From Botryllus schlosseri (taxonomy: Eukaryota): 64,000 bases of DNA. The stretch is taken from the NCBI GenBank assembly GCA_051294905.1, contig CM119381.1, positions 16,120,001-16,184,000 of the forward strand, given 5' to 3'. Every line of letters starts with the position of its first letter. Positions within the stretch are counted from its first letter, which is position 1. Shown here piece after piece: positions 25,801-39,025 of this stretch. The notes below the pieces were generated by a model, which saw only the letters and a program-made list of their open reading frames with translations, did no database searches and had not been told where the DNA came from. Made by a program: the position numbers and the translations under genes.

Positions 25801-28800
25801 GACATACTTTTCGTGCAACGTTTCATTGTGCGACGCACTATGAGATATGACCGTCCGAATAAGAATGTAATTCGACGCACAATGCGAGTGAGTGTGTGAG
25901 TAACGTGTTAAATTAGACGTCCACGTGTGAACTTGAACTACGAGTGTATCAAGCAGACAAGAATAGGCCTGGCCTACACGTAATAGATGATTAAAAACGA
26001 CAAAGCGTGTATTCAAGCAGTAATTCGTCTTTTACGTCGAACCGTGTCCCGAGTATAGCTTGCGTCGCGCCAGTTGCTTACTGATTATGATCGGGCTGGA
26101 TTGCGTTTTCCAATCAATGTTCGCAAAGCCTTTGGGCCAATTTTCAGGCATACAGAAAACACACACTGTCTAATTTCGCGCTGCAATCAAAATGTCGACT
26201 GTCGCGAAAAGCTGGCTCACGAATTATCATGGCCCCTGTGACGTGGCTTTCGGCACTTATGGGCGTACAACAATTTAATTTGGAGGAGGACAACGGGTAT
26301 TTGCTCGTATAATTGTGAGAAGATAAAGTCCTTGGCATATTTGGCAAATTGAATAGAAAACTGTACCATTTAGAAATTCTTGGCACTGCTATAAGATGAG
26401 GGAAAGTAATCAACAAAAATGGATGACGGTAATTGAACAGACTCTGAAATGATGGTCACTACGGATACAAATGAGAACATTCGATTTTATCTATATAAAT
26501 GAATGTATAAAGTTAGAACAACAAATTACCAAATTGAATATGTTGCAGTATACTGTGTACATTCTGTATATAATTACATCCAAAAGCATTTTTTCTGCCC
26601 TGAACGGCTTTTGTTCTTTTATTGTATATGAGCGGTGAAGTTCTATTACGTTATTTATAGCATAGTACTCTAGTCCTCCTTATCTGAACCATAATTACGT
26701 TATGAGACGCATAGATTCGTATTTCCACACAGAAGCATGCAATCGCCCGGCAGGTGCGGCCATCTCACTTTTCCTTTTGCAGCTTTTTCTCGAGTCGATG
26801 CAGAGTCTCTTCCGTGCCCTTCATGTTGGCAGACTGCTTCGTCTTTTCCGCCCGAGTGAATTCCTTCACCGCGCGCAGCTCGTCTTGCATCAATTTCTGC
26901 TGGAAATTCCACCTGTCCGCAAAACCCCGAATCATTACGGAAACACTGATCCATGCATCCATGACATTGTTAAAACACTCATTCGTCACGTTATTCTGTA
27001 ATCCTGTCATAATGGCAGAGATGGTCAGTAACGAAGTGCTTCTACTTTTTTTCACTTGGAATTTTGTAAAGTAGGAAGTAGTTCTGGGATAAGTTCGCAT
27101 CAGTTTCATGCGGGAGATAGATGTCACGGTCACTGATGAATATATTTTCGAATATTGCCACGATTTGTAGCGCCATTGGTCATTTTGCGTTAGTCGGCAA
27201 GATGCATCTCGCAATTCAGAAAGTATAGTGGCCTCCGATTAACAGGGAAAAGTATGCGAACCATCGACCAATTGTACTTTTTAGTACTTTTCAATCCTTG
27301 TATTATGTACTTGCAAATTGCCACTTCTATACTTGTAATTTGTTGATATTTACGGAGTTTGGTTATAATATCTGCTTGAGTAACAACGATGTATACTTTT
27401 ACACCGTCGCTGCATATAACAGCAGTAAGATTATAAATTATCCCAGGTTGTACTCGCAATGTACCCTCACACAGCGCCATTGCTTGGGGCGACAGGCGCG
27501 CCTTTGCACCCTCCCGATTCTCGATTTGAGCATTGTGACGTGATCTTTCTTCCTTATACGTCACGTAGAATCTGTAATCAACCATTTCACACCCAAATCT
27601 CATTACGTCATTAGTAGTACGATTTTGACCTCACGCATGTAAATTAGGTGTTTTCGGACATAATATTATAATTGTACGACTCATCTTCATTTATGGCTGG
27701 AACTGCCTGTCCTTACGAGGTAGTTTGGCCTGAAAAACTTTTTCGACTTAACAACTGACAAATTTTTACGTGAAAAATGCAGGTTGCAAAAATATTTTGT
27801 CTTTGTAAACAATTTTGACAATTTTTTGACCTAACGCTACAACTTTGACTTATTTTGACTTATCAAAAAATTTCTCAAGTCATTAGTTATTTCCAGATGT
27901 TCATCGTGGCTATTCCTATTCCTGGCTTGGTCCGTTGCCAAGTAGCACGCAATACTTAATTCTCACTTGACTTCGTTGTCTTCTCGGACTTGTTTCTCGA
28001 AACTGGTCCGGTTGCTTTCCTCCCGTTGAACCATCTTCTCGAGCTCTACAAACTTCTGCAACGCCTCCTCTCGAAGACGGGCCTCTTTACTCAGTAACTT
28101 CTCGCTCATTTCCTCCACCGCTATCTGCAGGAACGGCGGGCAAGTTTTCGTTTTGTATTTCAACGCGCGCTTGTCGGGCAGGATAGTCACCGCGGCGTGA
28201 TCAGGACGGCGTCGCGTTACTTGATATGCGTAATTTTAAGCGATGGAATCCGTCGGATGGTGGACTCTTTATAGGCGAGATGGCTCCGTATTATAACAGA
28301 CGCAGACCTACCACTACATAAACAGAGGTGGTCAGTAACGAAGTACTTCTACTTTTTGGAAGTACTCAAGTAGTTTTCCTCTACTTCTGGTACTTACTCA
28401 AGTAGATCTGATTTTCGCTACTTCTACTTCTACTTGGTAATATTTTGTGATCTACTTACTTACTTTTCGCTATTTTCAGTTTGACAAGTAGAAGTAGTTT
28501 AATCCCTCAATACGAAAGATAGCCTGAGGAATTTCAGGGCTGTTTTCACGGAGTACCAACATTTAATATTCATAAAAGTCAAGTAAAGCCCAGAAATTTT
28601 TTTGCGCTTCGCGCACAATAGTTATGGAGTGACAAATATGTTTTCACGAAAGTATCAGTGAATATAATTTAGGTACCAGATTGCATGGTTCCGCTCACAC
28701 CACATTGTAGCCCATATCAAATATTTCATCACAGCAAATATGCCTCACCAAAACGTTTGAAACTACCGTTTCGCCATCTAGCAATTATCTCTCATATCAT

Positions 28801-31800
28801 AATCTAGCAGCCCGTGACGTGTCCAGCTAATCTGGAAAATCTGGCTTTTTTAAACGTTACACCTGTTTTAGCAGATCACCTTTGAAGCTTTATGGAGAAA
28901 AGACATGAAATTTATTTTCCGCTTTTTAGAAGTGGTATTTGTATTTCACCTTCAATTCCGAGTATCATACATTGAGTTCTAATTACTTTCAGTTCTTTTG
29001 TCTGCAGAACATACATGTTGAAGAATAAAAACAAGTGTAGTAATGTCTCTATTTTCCGAAAATAAAGCTACACTAAGTATATATTTTACGATCCACAATA
29101 TTTGTTATTAACGTATAATAATCGCGCAAAGTGTTGAAACTGTATCCGATACAACTTCTCCGTATTGCTCTTCGCCTAAATTTGAGGCCTTATAATATGG
29201 GGTAGGGCACCATGCCATGATATTCTCTAAAACGGGGTTTTCTAGTAAACAAAGGGTTAGTATCGCATTTTCATATCAATACTATAATTTGCATCCCATG
29301 ATGCGGACAAGTGCTTATTCAGTCGAAAATTGATACCTCCTGGGATGCATCAACACGAATCAAGCTCTCTGCACCTTTCGTGTAGCTTAATTTGCAGCTT
29401 TTGACAGTCATGTTTTCAAAACTACTTACTTACTTGAGTAGATTTAAAGTCAGCTAATTCTACTTCTACTTCAAGTAGTTTTAGGTGGCTTATGGAAGAA
29501 GTACTTCTACTCGTACTTAAGTAGAATTTTTCGTCGCTACTTCTACTTTTACTTGAGTAGCTTTCTTGACTACTTTGACCACCTCTGCATAAATACAAGA
29601 CCTCGGCTGGGATTCATACTCTTTACCGCGAATCGGCAAAATTAGGAATACAATATCCACGGCTACTTTACTTTAACTTCAACTTCTCTCCTTAACTTTA
29701 CTTATTGCATTGCATCACATGCAACATAGGTCAGTATATGTTAGCTCTCAATCAGAATGTAGCCTACGGGATCTATGAAAGAAATTTCCCCTGTCGATTC
29801 GTTTCGAACCATCAGGTTCTATATTCGAAAGACTTGGTTCGAAACGCAAGATTCTAATCGGGATGCATCAAAGATGATTCGAATCAGCGATTCGTATTTC
29901 GAAATGACTTTGGCGATTGAGAACCTCGAGCGAAACCAATTGACAACTACGGAACCATAGCTCTCAATCGGAATAGTCATTCGAATTTCAAATTTGAAAC
30001 TCTCATACTCTTACTCTATAGCCTAACCAATCTCCTTGTATACAACCGGTCCGTGTATACTGTGTACTGTGTATAAAATCGTCGAAGGGCAGCTATACCA
30101 ACACGTTCGATACTTGCATTGGTTTCAGTATCGAATGATCATACTGAACAGTGGTCGCTACTAAAGTTTCACATCAAGTATCAAGGCCTGTACGCCAAAT
30201 AGGTACCAAGGCACCTTGATCTGGCCTTTGATTTTGATACGTTGGTTTTCCTCCGCGTGTTCCCGTTCTTGTTGCAATTGCTCGAACGACTGCAAATCTT
30301 CTTTCCTCTTATGCGACTCGTCGTTGATGGAGGAATGCAGCTCGGAGAACTTGACATTGGCCTGCGCGTACGAAAATTGAATGCGCGTAAGGTGTTCGCA
30401 AAAAGGTAACGAAACGTGCTTATAGAGACTTACTTGCTGTGATTGCGCGTGCGTGTCGGACTCGACGTGGGACACGCGGTTCCGCAAATCGGTGATCAAA
30501 TCGCGCAGTTCGTTAACTCTGGACTCGACGAATTGTCTGAAACGCAAAGAGTCAAACACCCGCGACACGGCAGCGCTGTTCGGTCGTCGCTACCTTGTCT
30601 GGACGGTGTTCTGTTCGGCTTGGCTGTTGGTGTCCTTTTGAAAGCGTGTTTGTAGAAGGGCCTGTTTGGTTTCTTCTTCCAGTCTTTTGGAGCGCTGTCG
30701 TAGTTCGGCTTGGAAGTGTGTGAAATCCATGCCCTGTTGGTCATAATGAAACAAAGTGATTATACGAGCGTGTTATGAGCAGTACAATATACAATATTCA
30801 GCAAGTATAGTATAGTAAAACTTGCTCGTAGTCTATGTAGTATGAAGGCCCCGATTATGAGGATACTGACTCTGCCTAGTGTTAAGTTACGGCCCCACCT
30901 CTTGGAAAGTATTGTAGCTACGGAGCAGTTCATGGGTACAGTTGTAATAAGATGTATTGGCGTCGCTTGTTGTGACTAAACTTAACGTTGCTTCACTTGT
31001 GTTGCCTCAAAATTCCGCCTCGTTTTTTCCATTTACCAAATTATCTGAGTCTGTTTCGACTATTTTTATCGAGCATGTGGACGAAGCAATACTGATACGC
31101 AGGAAGCTATATGCTTGTCATTTGCTATAAAAACGTCTTTCTTACTCTGAGAATGAGAAAGCACGGATCAAGTAATTACGATATGGGAACCAACCTTAAT
31201 TGGCGGCGGGCAGAAAAGAAAATTCGCTGTTGCTGCGCTGTTGACGCTGAAGTACCATTAAAACTATACGACATATTCCATTCAACAGGTTTGAAGAAAG
31301 TGTCGAAAATTTATTGCGCCATGAAGATGGCTTCGAACTTACTTGTATCTCCAGTTTCGTCTTTACTTGACGAAATTCGTCCACCAAGGCCGTCGAAGTT
31401 CGTTCGCTGCGGTCGTACCGACGCTGCATGTCATCCAGTTTCAGTCGCAGTTCGCTCAACTGATTGCTTTGTTTTTCTCGAATCGTGCCGAAGTCGTGTT
31501 GGGCACTGAGCAAAGACTGTCAGAACAACGACAGTTTTGCGTCAGAAGTGTGATGTCACAGGCGTGTAAGGCTAAGGCATCGATAGCCCAATACGCGTAC
31601 TATACAATCGATACATTGGTCTACAAATTTCAACTTTTTTTCGGGTTTAGGGTTTGGCAACTGATTTCGGCTAATTTTGGAGCGTTGAATCCGAAAATGG
31701 CCTCAGCTTTTCTCTATCACATCACGTTCTTGAGATATGAAATACCTTAAGTTTGGAAAAAAATCAATTTTAGATCCCCCTCTGTTGTCGAAACAAGGGA

Positions 31801-33867
31801 TTGTGATGCAATAAACATATATAATATATAATATATTCAAATTAATAGCAATTACGGGTGATATGTATACACTAGGGGTGTTCAAAAATTACTTTTTGTT
31901 TTTCAAATTTCACTGGGTACTTAATAAAGTTGTTACGTTGGCTAAAAAAACTCGTACGTCACATTTGATTCAATTCCAACCAATAGCCACATTGCTACAA
32001 GAGAAGAAAGATTTGGATTTATTATATAAAAATTATATTAAATAATTTTTCTGTTCGCCCATGAAATTGTTATGTTGTCTACAAAAACGAATCTTACCAA
32101 ATTTGGCTCAATTCCAACCAGTGGAAGCGGAGTCATTGCAGCCGAAAAATTTGGATATTGTATTGTATTGATAAGGTACGACAGTGGTGCTTATAGCCTT
32201 ATGAGGCTTTTTGCTCCACGACAATGGTAATTGCCACCGCAAATACTATTTTATTCAAATTTTTTCGACTACAATAACTCCGCTTCCACTGGCTGGAATT
32301 GAGCCAAATCTGGTGGGCATCGTTTTTATAGACAACCTAACAATTCATGGGGTGAACATAAAATTTTGAAAATTTTTCATATATTTTATATATAAAATAA
32401 AAAACTTTCTTCTCTTGTAGCAATGCGGCTACTGGTTGGAATTGAACCAAATTTGGTGTGCAGCCTTTAATTGGGTAACCTTACAATTTTATCAAGCATC
32501 CAGTAGAATTTGAGAAAAAAGTCATTTTTGAACACCACTAATGTACATTGTACACATAAACGATTAGCCTATGCCTCGGGATTTACTGCAGTCCGACAAT
32601 CCAAGTCCGCGTTGGGACAAATAACACGTTTCCATCGTTGCGTCTGCTGGATTGTATTGGCCAAATTTGACGATTTGGAAATACATTGGAGCCTATCGCT
32701 TTAGCATCAATGTCAATCGATTGAAAATACATCTGAAAATAAAAGCCTGAAGGCTTGGCTTTTCACATCAGGAATCGCCTCCTTGTCCCGTGAAATCGCG
32801 TATTTGAGAGGACTGATCTAGTCAATATTATTAGCAACTATACTATCCCTATTCTCTAATGGTAAATCGCTAAACTGGTTGACAATCTCAATAAAATAGG
32901 CTACAGCAACGGCTGATACCTATAGCCCTAAAAATACTCATTTCGATCCGAGAATCCATTTTGTCAACAAAAGTTTCAAAACAAGAAAGTAAATCCGACA
33001 TATATAGTGCTCGTGATTTGTAATCTTATCATTGTACGGATCAAAATAGCACGATGATGAAACTCGTATCGTTATATTCGGAAACACCGGACCAGTATGG
33101 GTCATAAAGGGGTGTAACGACCTATTCTCTAGTGTCCGTCATGGCGTTCTCGTAGTGTAGCGGTTATCACGTTCGCCTCACACGCGAAAGGTCCCCGGTT
33201 CGAGCCCGGGCGAGAACATGATATATTTTAGTTAACAACTGCAAGCTGAACATATTACGTACTCTCGATTAATGGACTAAAAATTCATGTCACTTTTGCT
33301 ACCAAAACAAACTTATCATATTCGACTGAAATCAGAGCTGGCCAAAGTAGTCTCCGTTCGTACTCAAGTAGAAGTAGAAGTAAGAAATATGAATGACGAT
33401 GTTTGCCTAAAAAACTAAAAACTGTCGAGTAGAAGTATAGCCAAAATCTTGACCACTTGAGCGCAAAGTATTGCAAGTGTGACAGCCCATCGATAAGGGG
33501 TGTATTTGTACATACTATTGCGGTGATATTGTTATTGCCAGGAGTGCGTAGAATGGACACATGGTGAACATCTGACAAAGCATACTTCTTCTGATCTGAA
33601 CTGAATGCCGCGAGAACGTGGAATATAGCTCTCGGAAACGATGTTAGGAGGTCTTCCACATAAGTTAGGCTTACCATATTTCGGAAATGAAAAAAGAGGA
33701 CACTTTTTCAGAAATTTCAGTCAAGCATAACTGGAGAAGAATTCTCAAAAACAGGTAAATTTCACCCGCTTCATGATCGGTTGACTAAAAAAAAAAAAAA
33801 AAAAAAAGGTCTTCACTTCCACTCAGAGCTCAAAAACACGTTTTTCACTCCACATTACCAGGTGGAT

Positions 33868-33898
<31 letters not shown>

Positions 33899-35876
33899 TC
33901 TTTTCGCTCAGAGCTGAAATCACCACTTTTCCCTCCGAAATACCCGCCGGAGCTTCACTTCTGCGCTAATTTGCGGCATATCACTCGCAATTTCCTCTAA
34001 ATCTGACCTAAATTTTCAAAAAAAAAGGACAAAATCTCAAAAAAGAGGACAAAAGGGCGTCCTCCGAGGACACTTTCAAAAAAGTCAAAAAAGAGGACGT
34101 ATGGTAAGCCTAACATAAGTACTACTAAGAAAAGTGTAAGTGCTTTAATTGTTACTGACCACCGACCAGTGACGACCTATGACTGGAATATGGCGTCACC
34201 GTAAACCGTATACACAACTTATATTTCAAATGGAAGCCGGGATCAGATTCGGACTCACTTGTTCGAACTGCTTCGTCTGGGCAGCGATATTTTTTCGCGC
34301 TTCCTTGTCGATGTGCAGCTTCTCTTCGGCGCGACGCATTCTAGACGTCAGCTCGCTGATGATGTCATTGCTCGCGCGCATGGTTTGCATCAGCTCGTGC
34401 TGCAACTTTTTCTCTTCTGATTTCACGCCCTTTTTGCCTAGTTCCGAGCCGCGCACGGAAGACTGAAGTCTGTAGATCTGGTGGAACGAACAACGGCAGT
34501 ACTGATGATAAGTGCAGTTAGAAAGGAAGAAGGTACGTAGTTCACTCTAGTCTGCACCATCCCGGTGCTTGGACAGCGTGTGAATATAACAGCCACAAGT
34601 TTAATCGTTCTGATTTCGCGAAATACTACATGAGTGTGGTCGCCGATTTCGGCGTGAGAAGTATTTTGTTTGCGAATTATATCACCCTCGTTTCATCGAG
34701 GCTGTTTCAATGAAGTCGACCAATTTCTACATCAACGTCAGCAATATCTTTATCCAGAGTCTATCACAGGCCCTTCTTAAGGCCAAACGGTAAGTCATCA
34801 ACCAACCGATGGCCCGTCATAAATGAGTCGTGTTGATGTGCATTGTGCCATGTTACAATTCACTATACAAATTACACGTAAGATTGCGGGTATAATTATG
34901 CTTAATAGTTGCTACATTTCAATCGTTTAGCAACAACAATGACACGAGAAGTAAGTAAACTTTGTTTAGTCTGGAAGCAATGGAAGATGAATGTGCCTTA
35001 CACGTAGAAACAGTAGCCTACATTTCAATTATTATTTTCGAATTTTGTTAGTGGTGGTCCATTCACAGCGACTATATATAAGATTATTGTGACTCATATA
35101 GATATGAAGCCGTTGTTTGATTACCTTGCCGCCGATACACAAGCCTACGCAATGTAGAAAAAGTAATTACAGGACCAATGATATTTTCTTGGATATACTT
35201 TTCACTTACTAATCTAAAAGTTTGATCCGTATTCGACACAATATCAATTCAACATAAGTTTGAGTAATACGCCTAATATGTAACCATGTTAACGGACGTA
35301 AATAGGCGCCGAAACAGCGCTATAGTCTACAACGGTGGTAAATAATGACATAGTTGTAACGTTTTTACGATGTCAGACAATACAAATTACAATCCTATGT
35401 AGTTCGCTGGCCGAGGTAAACAGACAAAGTACCACATAAAACAAGAACATAAAAACCGACTCACTTCTTCAAGCAAAGCCCTGTTGGATTCCTCAAGAAC
35501 GGCGACTCTGTTTACGAAGCTTTGTAGCTGCGATGCTGTGAGCATCTCGCGACCCGACCTAAAACATTGAAAGGCCATGAAATTACAGACAATTTCTTGT
35601 ATAGTGAATCAAGCAAAGGCAATCTTCAGTCATAATCACAGATAAGTTTCGGAGACACCTATTTCGTCGATGGTGCTTGCTTGCTCACCTCATATCCATA
35701 TTCGATCCGGTCCAGAGGGCTTTTGATTCAATAGGTACGAGTTGGGTGTCACGGTGCGAAACCGGTTCAACCAGCGGGGTCCTCGAGCCTGGGGCGACCA
35801 CGTTCACAGATCCGGCCGACCCAGGGAGGCCTGGTAATACTCCGATTCTTTGTCGATGATTTACACCGCCAGCCAT
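16856..35876 (-). CDS. CCDC154: Coiled-coil domain-containing protein 154-like, complete, 18 exons, 962 aa. Exons (5'->3'): 35689-35876, 35465-35558, 34259-34477, 31343-31516, 30594-30733, 30434-30536, 30215-30361, 27967-28124, 26769-26912, 25487-25667, 25313-25411, 24910-25045, 23399-23634, 22552-22769, 21554-21723, 21430-21488, 20058-20295, 16856-17040
   Basis: GT-AG junctions with consistent phases; total 2889 nt = 963 codons. Motifs match my recollection of human CCDC154: TLNEWGIYQCLRWYSIK vs PMNCWGVYQAVRWLRWK; KLLSKEARLREEALQKFVELEK vs RFLKREAKLCGFLQKSFLALEK; KVLLAE vs RVLLAE; DELPQEL vs DGLPQQI. The symbol comes from recalled motifs, not a search. Confidence 0.8.
17711..18089. mobile_element. 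hAT MITE, 379 bp
   Basis: TIRs TAGGGCTGGGCA / TGCCCAGCCCTA; perfect 8-bp TSD tctatgac; tactcga/tcgagta subterminal repeats. Confidence 0.9.
18614..19529. mobile_element. Non-autonomous hAT (Buster/Charlie-type) element, 916 bp
   Basis: TIRs CAGTGATCGGGAACC / GGTTCCCGACCACTG; perfect TSD ccatagat; inverted homologue at 59130-60043. Confidence 0.92.
21160..21335 (-). mobile_element. tRNA-derived SINE, family A (second copy, CCDC154 intron)
   Basis: Colinear similarity to 12601-12795. Confidence 0.6.
22844..23352. mobile_element. Short derivative of the CAGAGGTGGTCA hAT-MITE family. Other approximate copies: 8466-8830, 20420-20848, 21760-22124, 27016-27375, 44854-45130, 47318-47600, 48260-48341, 49790-50055, 51280-51834
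   Basis: Degenerate TIRs, tacttctact repeats and a shared internal motif ttagtcgcgaagatgcatcttgcaattt, seen on either strand near 8625, 18500, 20545, 21840, 23095, 27180, 47480 and 49870. Confidence 0.7.
24376..24569. mobile_element. Internally deleted copy of the foldback family
   Basis: Ends TAGGGGTCTTCAAAAATGAC / GTCATTTTTGAAGACCCCTA, matching 43247-43909. Confidence 0.8.
28323..29587. mobile_element. Non-autonomous hAT-type element, 1265 bp; longest member of the CAGAGGTGGTCA family in the window
   Basis: TIRs CAGAGGTGGTCA / TGACCACCTCTG; tacttctact and tactcaagta subterminal repeats; 6-bp direct repeat cataaa at both flanks. Confidence 0.85.
31873..32540. mobile_element. Foldback-family element, 668 bp, diverged
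   Basis: Long inverted arms starting TAGGGGTGTTCAAAAA and ending TTTTTGAACACCACTA; homologous to 43247-43909. Confidence 0.8.
33146..33218 (+). tRNA. tRNA-Val-CAC: tRNA-Val (anticodon CAC), intronic and antisense to CCDC154 intron 3
   Basis: GTTCTCG..CGAGAAC acceptor stem, anticodon arm TTCGC-CTCACAC-GCGAA, T-arm CCCGG-TTCGAGC-CCGGG, 73 nt, discriminator A, TTTT Pol III terminator at 33226-33229. Confidence 0.95.
33666..34112. mobile_element. hAT MITE, 447 bp
   Basis: 13-bp TIRs TAGGCTTACCATA / TATGGTAAGCCTA; perfect TSD acataagt; internal duplicated gacta(A)n-ggtcttc unit. Confidence 0.92.
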
Positions 35877-38800
35877 TATCACGATGACATTTGTTTACAT
35901 GCTTAAGAACCAATGTGCAATTTGATTTCGCGTTTGGGAATCACATCTTTCTCAATATCTTTCACAATGCCCAATAGTGATAAGTTGAATTTGCCACTTG
36001 GCAGTTAATTAACATGACATCTTGACGCTATCTTACCGATGGTACGATACAACATCAGAAAGCGTTCTACTATTCACAACACTCCGTAAAACGTACGGCA
36101 TTGTGCTATATTTTATCTTGGCGGAGACATGCAATAAACACTAAGTGATTATTTGAAGAAATGCTCTCCTAATCTGCAATATCCCTCTCCGTTATGAACC
36201 AGCTTTTAATAATTGATGTTCTTTCGTTCAATTTACACTAAACGCTATGCACTCGAAACAACGACATTCGTGTTTTTAGTAATGAAGAAGTACCGTATGT
36301 ACCAATAGTGTTTTGAGCTGATAATAAACTCTTTCACAACTAAACTTATTCTAAACTCAGTCTCGCCAATGTCCCACAATTGCTATAATATACGCGAGCG
36401 TTGCTTCTTGAAAATAACACAGTCTTCACGACAAACATGTTAAACATTGGAAGCGCTTCGGAAGACTGACATGAAATATCGTCCAGTTACTGTTTTTACA
36501 CTTTTATTTGAGCACGCGAGTCGGCAAACGCTCCTGTGAATCTCACTTGAAATCCCAAGTAGTGCTACTCTAAATGATTGGAGAGCTATACAGTAGAATG
36601 TAGTGATATTCCAAGGTATTGCACTTGACGACTTGATGAGTATGGATAGTGGAGCTTCGTTGGTAGAAGACCGTTTGCATTTGACTGTAATATAACTTCT
36701 CATTAAAATCTATGGCCTGGCTATATACCGATCACTATGTGTTACCTTTGCACTGAAATAGTCAATTGCGTTTAAAAATACGGAGATGACAAATTGCAAT
36801 GACCGAAGTTCTGTTACTTTCAGCAAACGTATTCTGTACAAATTTGCTAGTTCTGCCCATAGAAACAATCTTAGAGTTTACTAAAATCTGAAATATATCA
36901 AATCATTTCCCCACAAACACAAGACAGGGTAGTCTACTACTACTCTCACAAACTCGCTCTGACAAGAATATTTGAAACAAGCAACCGACCGAAATACGAT
37001 CTTTCAGTTGTTGGATTGTGGGCTGTTGTTGCGATTACAAAAGATAAAAGAAATGGGCTGTTACAGGATAATGCCCGAAAGAAGAGCGTGACGTAGGCAA
37101 AGCTAGCTTCAAGATGCTTTTCGCATATGGCCAATGGCCATGGCGATAGTATCGCAATGTTTATATTCATGGTGTCCACCCAGAACTGAAAGAAAGACTT
37201 GCTTGTCATGGACTGCACCGAATTCACGTCTTTGCGGTCTGCTGACACTTTAAATGGCAAATGCTACCGTAGTGTCGGCAGTTTTTATTCGTGGACTGAC
37301 AAACTAAGTGTACAAATTTATTTTGCTTTATCGTTATAAATCTATTTTTGTAATGAGATATTTTTAAGGTCGCTGAAGTAACATAAATCTTCTTAATATA
37401 AGATCTAACGATCAAAGGTTCACATACAAGCTACGGTCTGTCTGTACAGTACAGTCATAGCTATACAAAACATATCACGTAAGCCAGTCATCTAGTGACA
37501 TCTAGCGAGTCAACACGCTTGCACGTAGGCCGCAAGGTGAAGTGAGGTTTGAAGTTCAGTGGGTTTGAAGTTCGATCAGTCGAGCTCTAGATTACTAACC
37601 GTAGTTGGTTCGTTGTTTTCCACGGTTCTTTGACAAATACTAATTTTAAATAGGCATAGTTATTCGTGTTCGTGATTGGTATACCGCCAGGCACCTATGT
37701 CGCTCTGCCTTAGCGGCTTACCAGGGTCGTGAAAGGGTGACAGTGGTTCTCAACCTGTGGCACGAGTAGGCTACTAGTAGTGGTCAGTGGTCACGTTAAG
37801 TTATTTCATGTAGTAGGCTACACAGTAACTGTATTTCTTGTAAGTAAAATGACAGTTTTAACAAATCGTAGAAACTTATTTTTTTCTAATGTAAGAAATG
37901 TCTTCATCGAATGCATGGTGAAATATATTATATATCCTCGGCTACTATGCGTCACTTGACTCGTTTGCACCCCGCCTTGATCAGCTTGTGAAAAAGAAAT
38001 AATTGCAACCATCACATTAATTTCACCTACGTGTTATTAAATCGGTAACAGATTAGCTCGTGGTCTGCATTTGTTTCGAAATTTCCGGGCCGACTTATTC
38101 GCTAATCCGCCCATGTTATATTCCTATATAGATTTCGAGAAAAGTTGAGTTGGTACGCAACAAAATCATAAAACCTGCGTTATATAATTATAGAGCTTTT
38201 CGGAGTCCCGGATCTACCCATCGAAATATATCGCAAAACGAGAAAGATATGTGATATATCTGGGATTTGAGTTGTAACAAATTTGTGTTTTAGTCAAACA
38301 TCATGCTACTAATTATTCTAATTTCTGATATTTGCATGTTGCACAGCACCTTTTGATCGCGCGTCTATAATGAATATTATGACGTCATGAAAATACCGCC
38401 ACCTTTTCTTTAATTGGAGTATGGCCAGTGTCCACCTATCTTCAGAAGCGGATGAAATTTCAGACATTATTCGGAGAAACTATCGGAACTCATCAATAAA
38501 TTAGTTGGAAAAGCAACAATGAAAGCGATCGCGAAAAGCCTTTAGCTTTAATTTAATGAAGGAATACGTGTATGTCTGTAAGGCGATCGCCCAAGTTGAA
38601 CGTTGCAGCATTTCGTAAACTTTCGAGCCTACTCGAGCTTCGTCAACACGCTTAGCCTTCTCTCTTTAATTATCTTGGAATGAAACAACGTATCGAGTTG
38701 CCGTATGTTTATTCTTGACAAAACCGGAGCCCTCGCCGCGCTTCTTTTGTCCAGCTGACATGGCTTTAGGTCAAACAAAACAATCCAGCGCGAATAGATT

Positions 38801-39025
38801 GAGCCTGGAGACCTTAGACAGAGTTAGAATCGTTTGAATGGGTACCCTAGTCTGGATACCATAGCTTGAGAACAATCACGTGTGCGATTGCAATTCTGGC
38901 CTATACTGGGACATTTGGATTATACCGCTAGAGCTTTACAATAAACTAAGCGTTACCGCATTAAATAGTGATTATCTGATTACACATTGAGCAATTTCAC
39001 GGGTATATAGCTAACAACAGCAGCT

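Noticed and set aside
36100-37300. Possible decayed coding or retroelement remnants in the divergent intergenic region (ORFs 36440-36703, 36946-37260)
   Set aside because: No recognisable domain motifs or consistent splice structure by eye; would need a BLASTX search.
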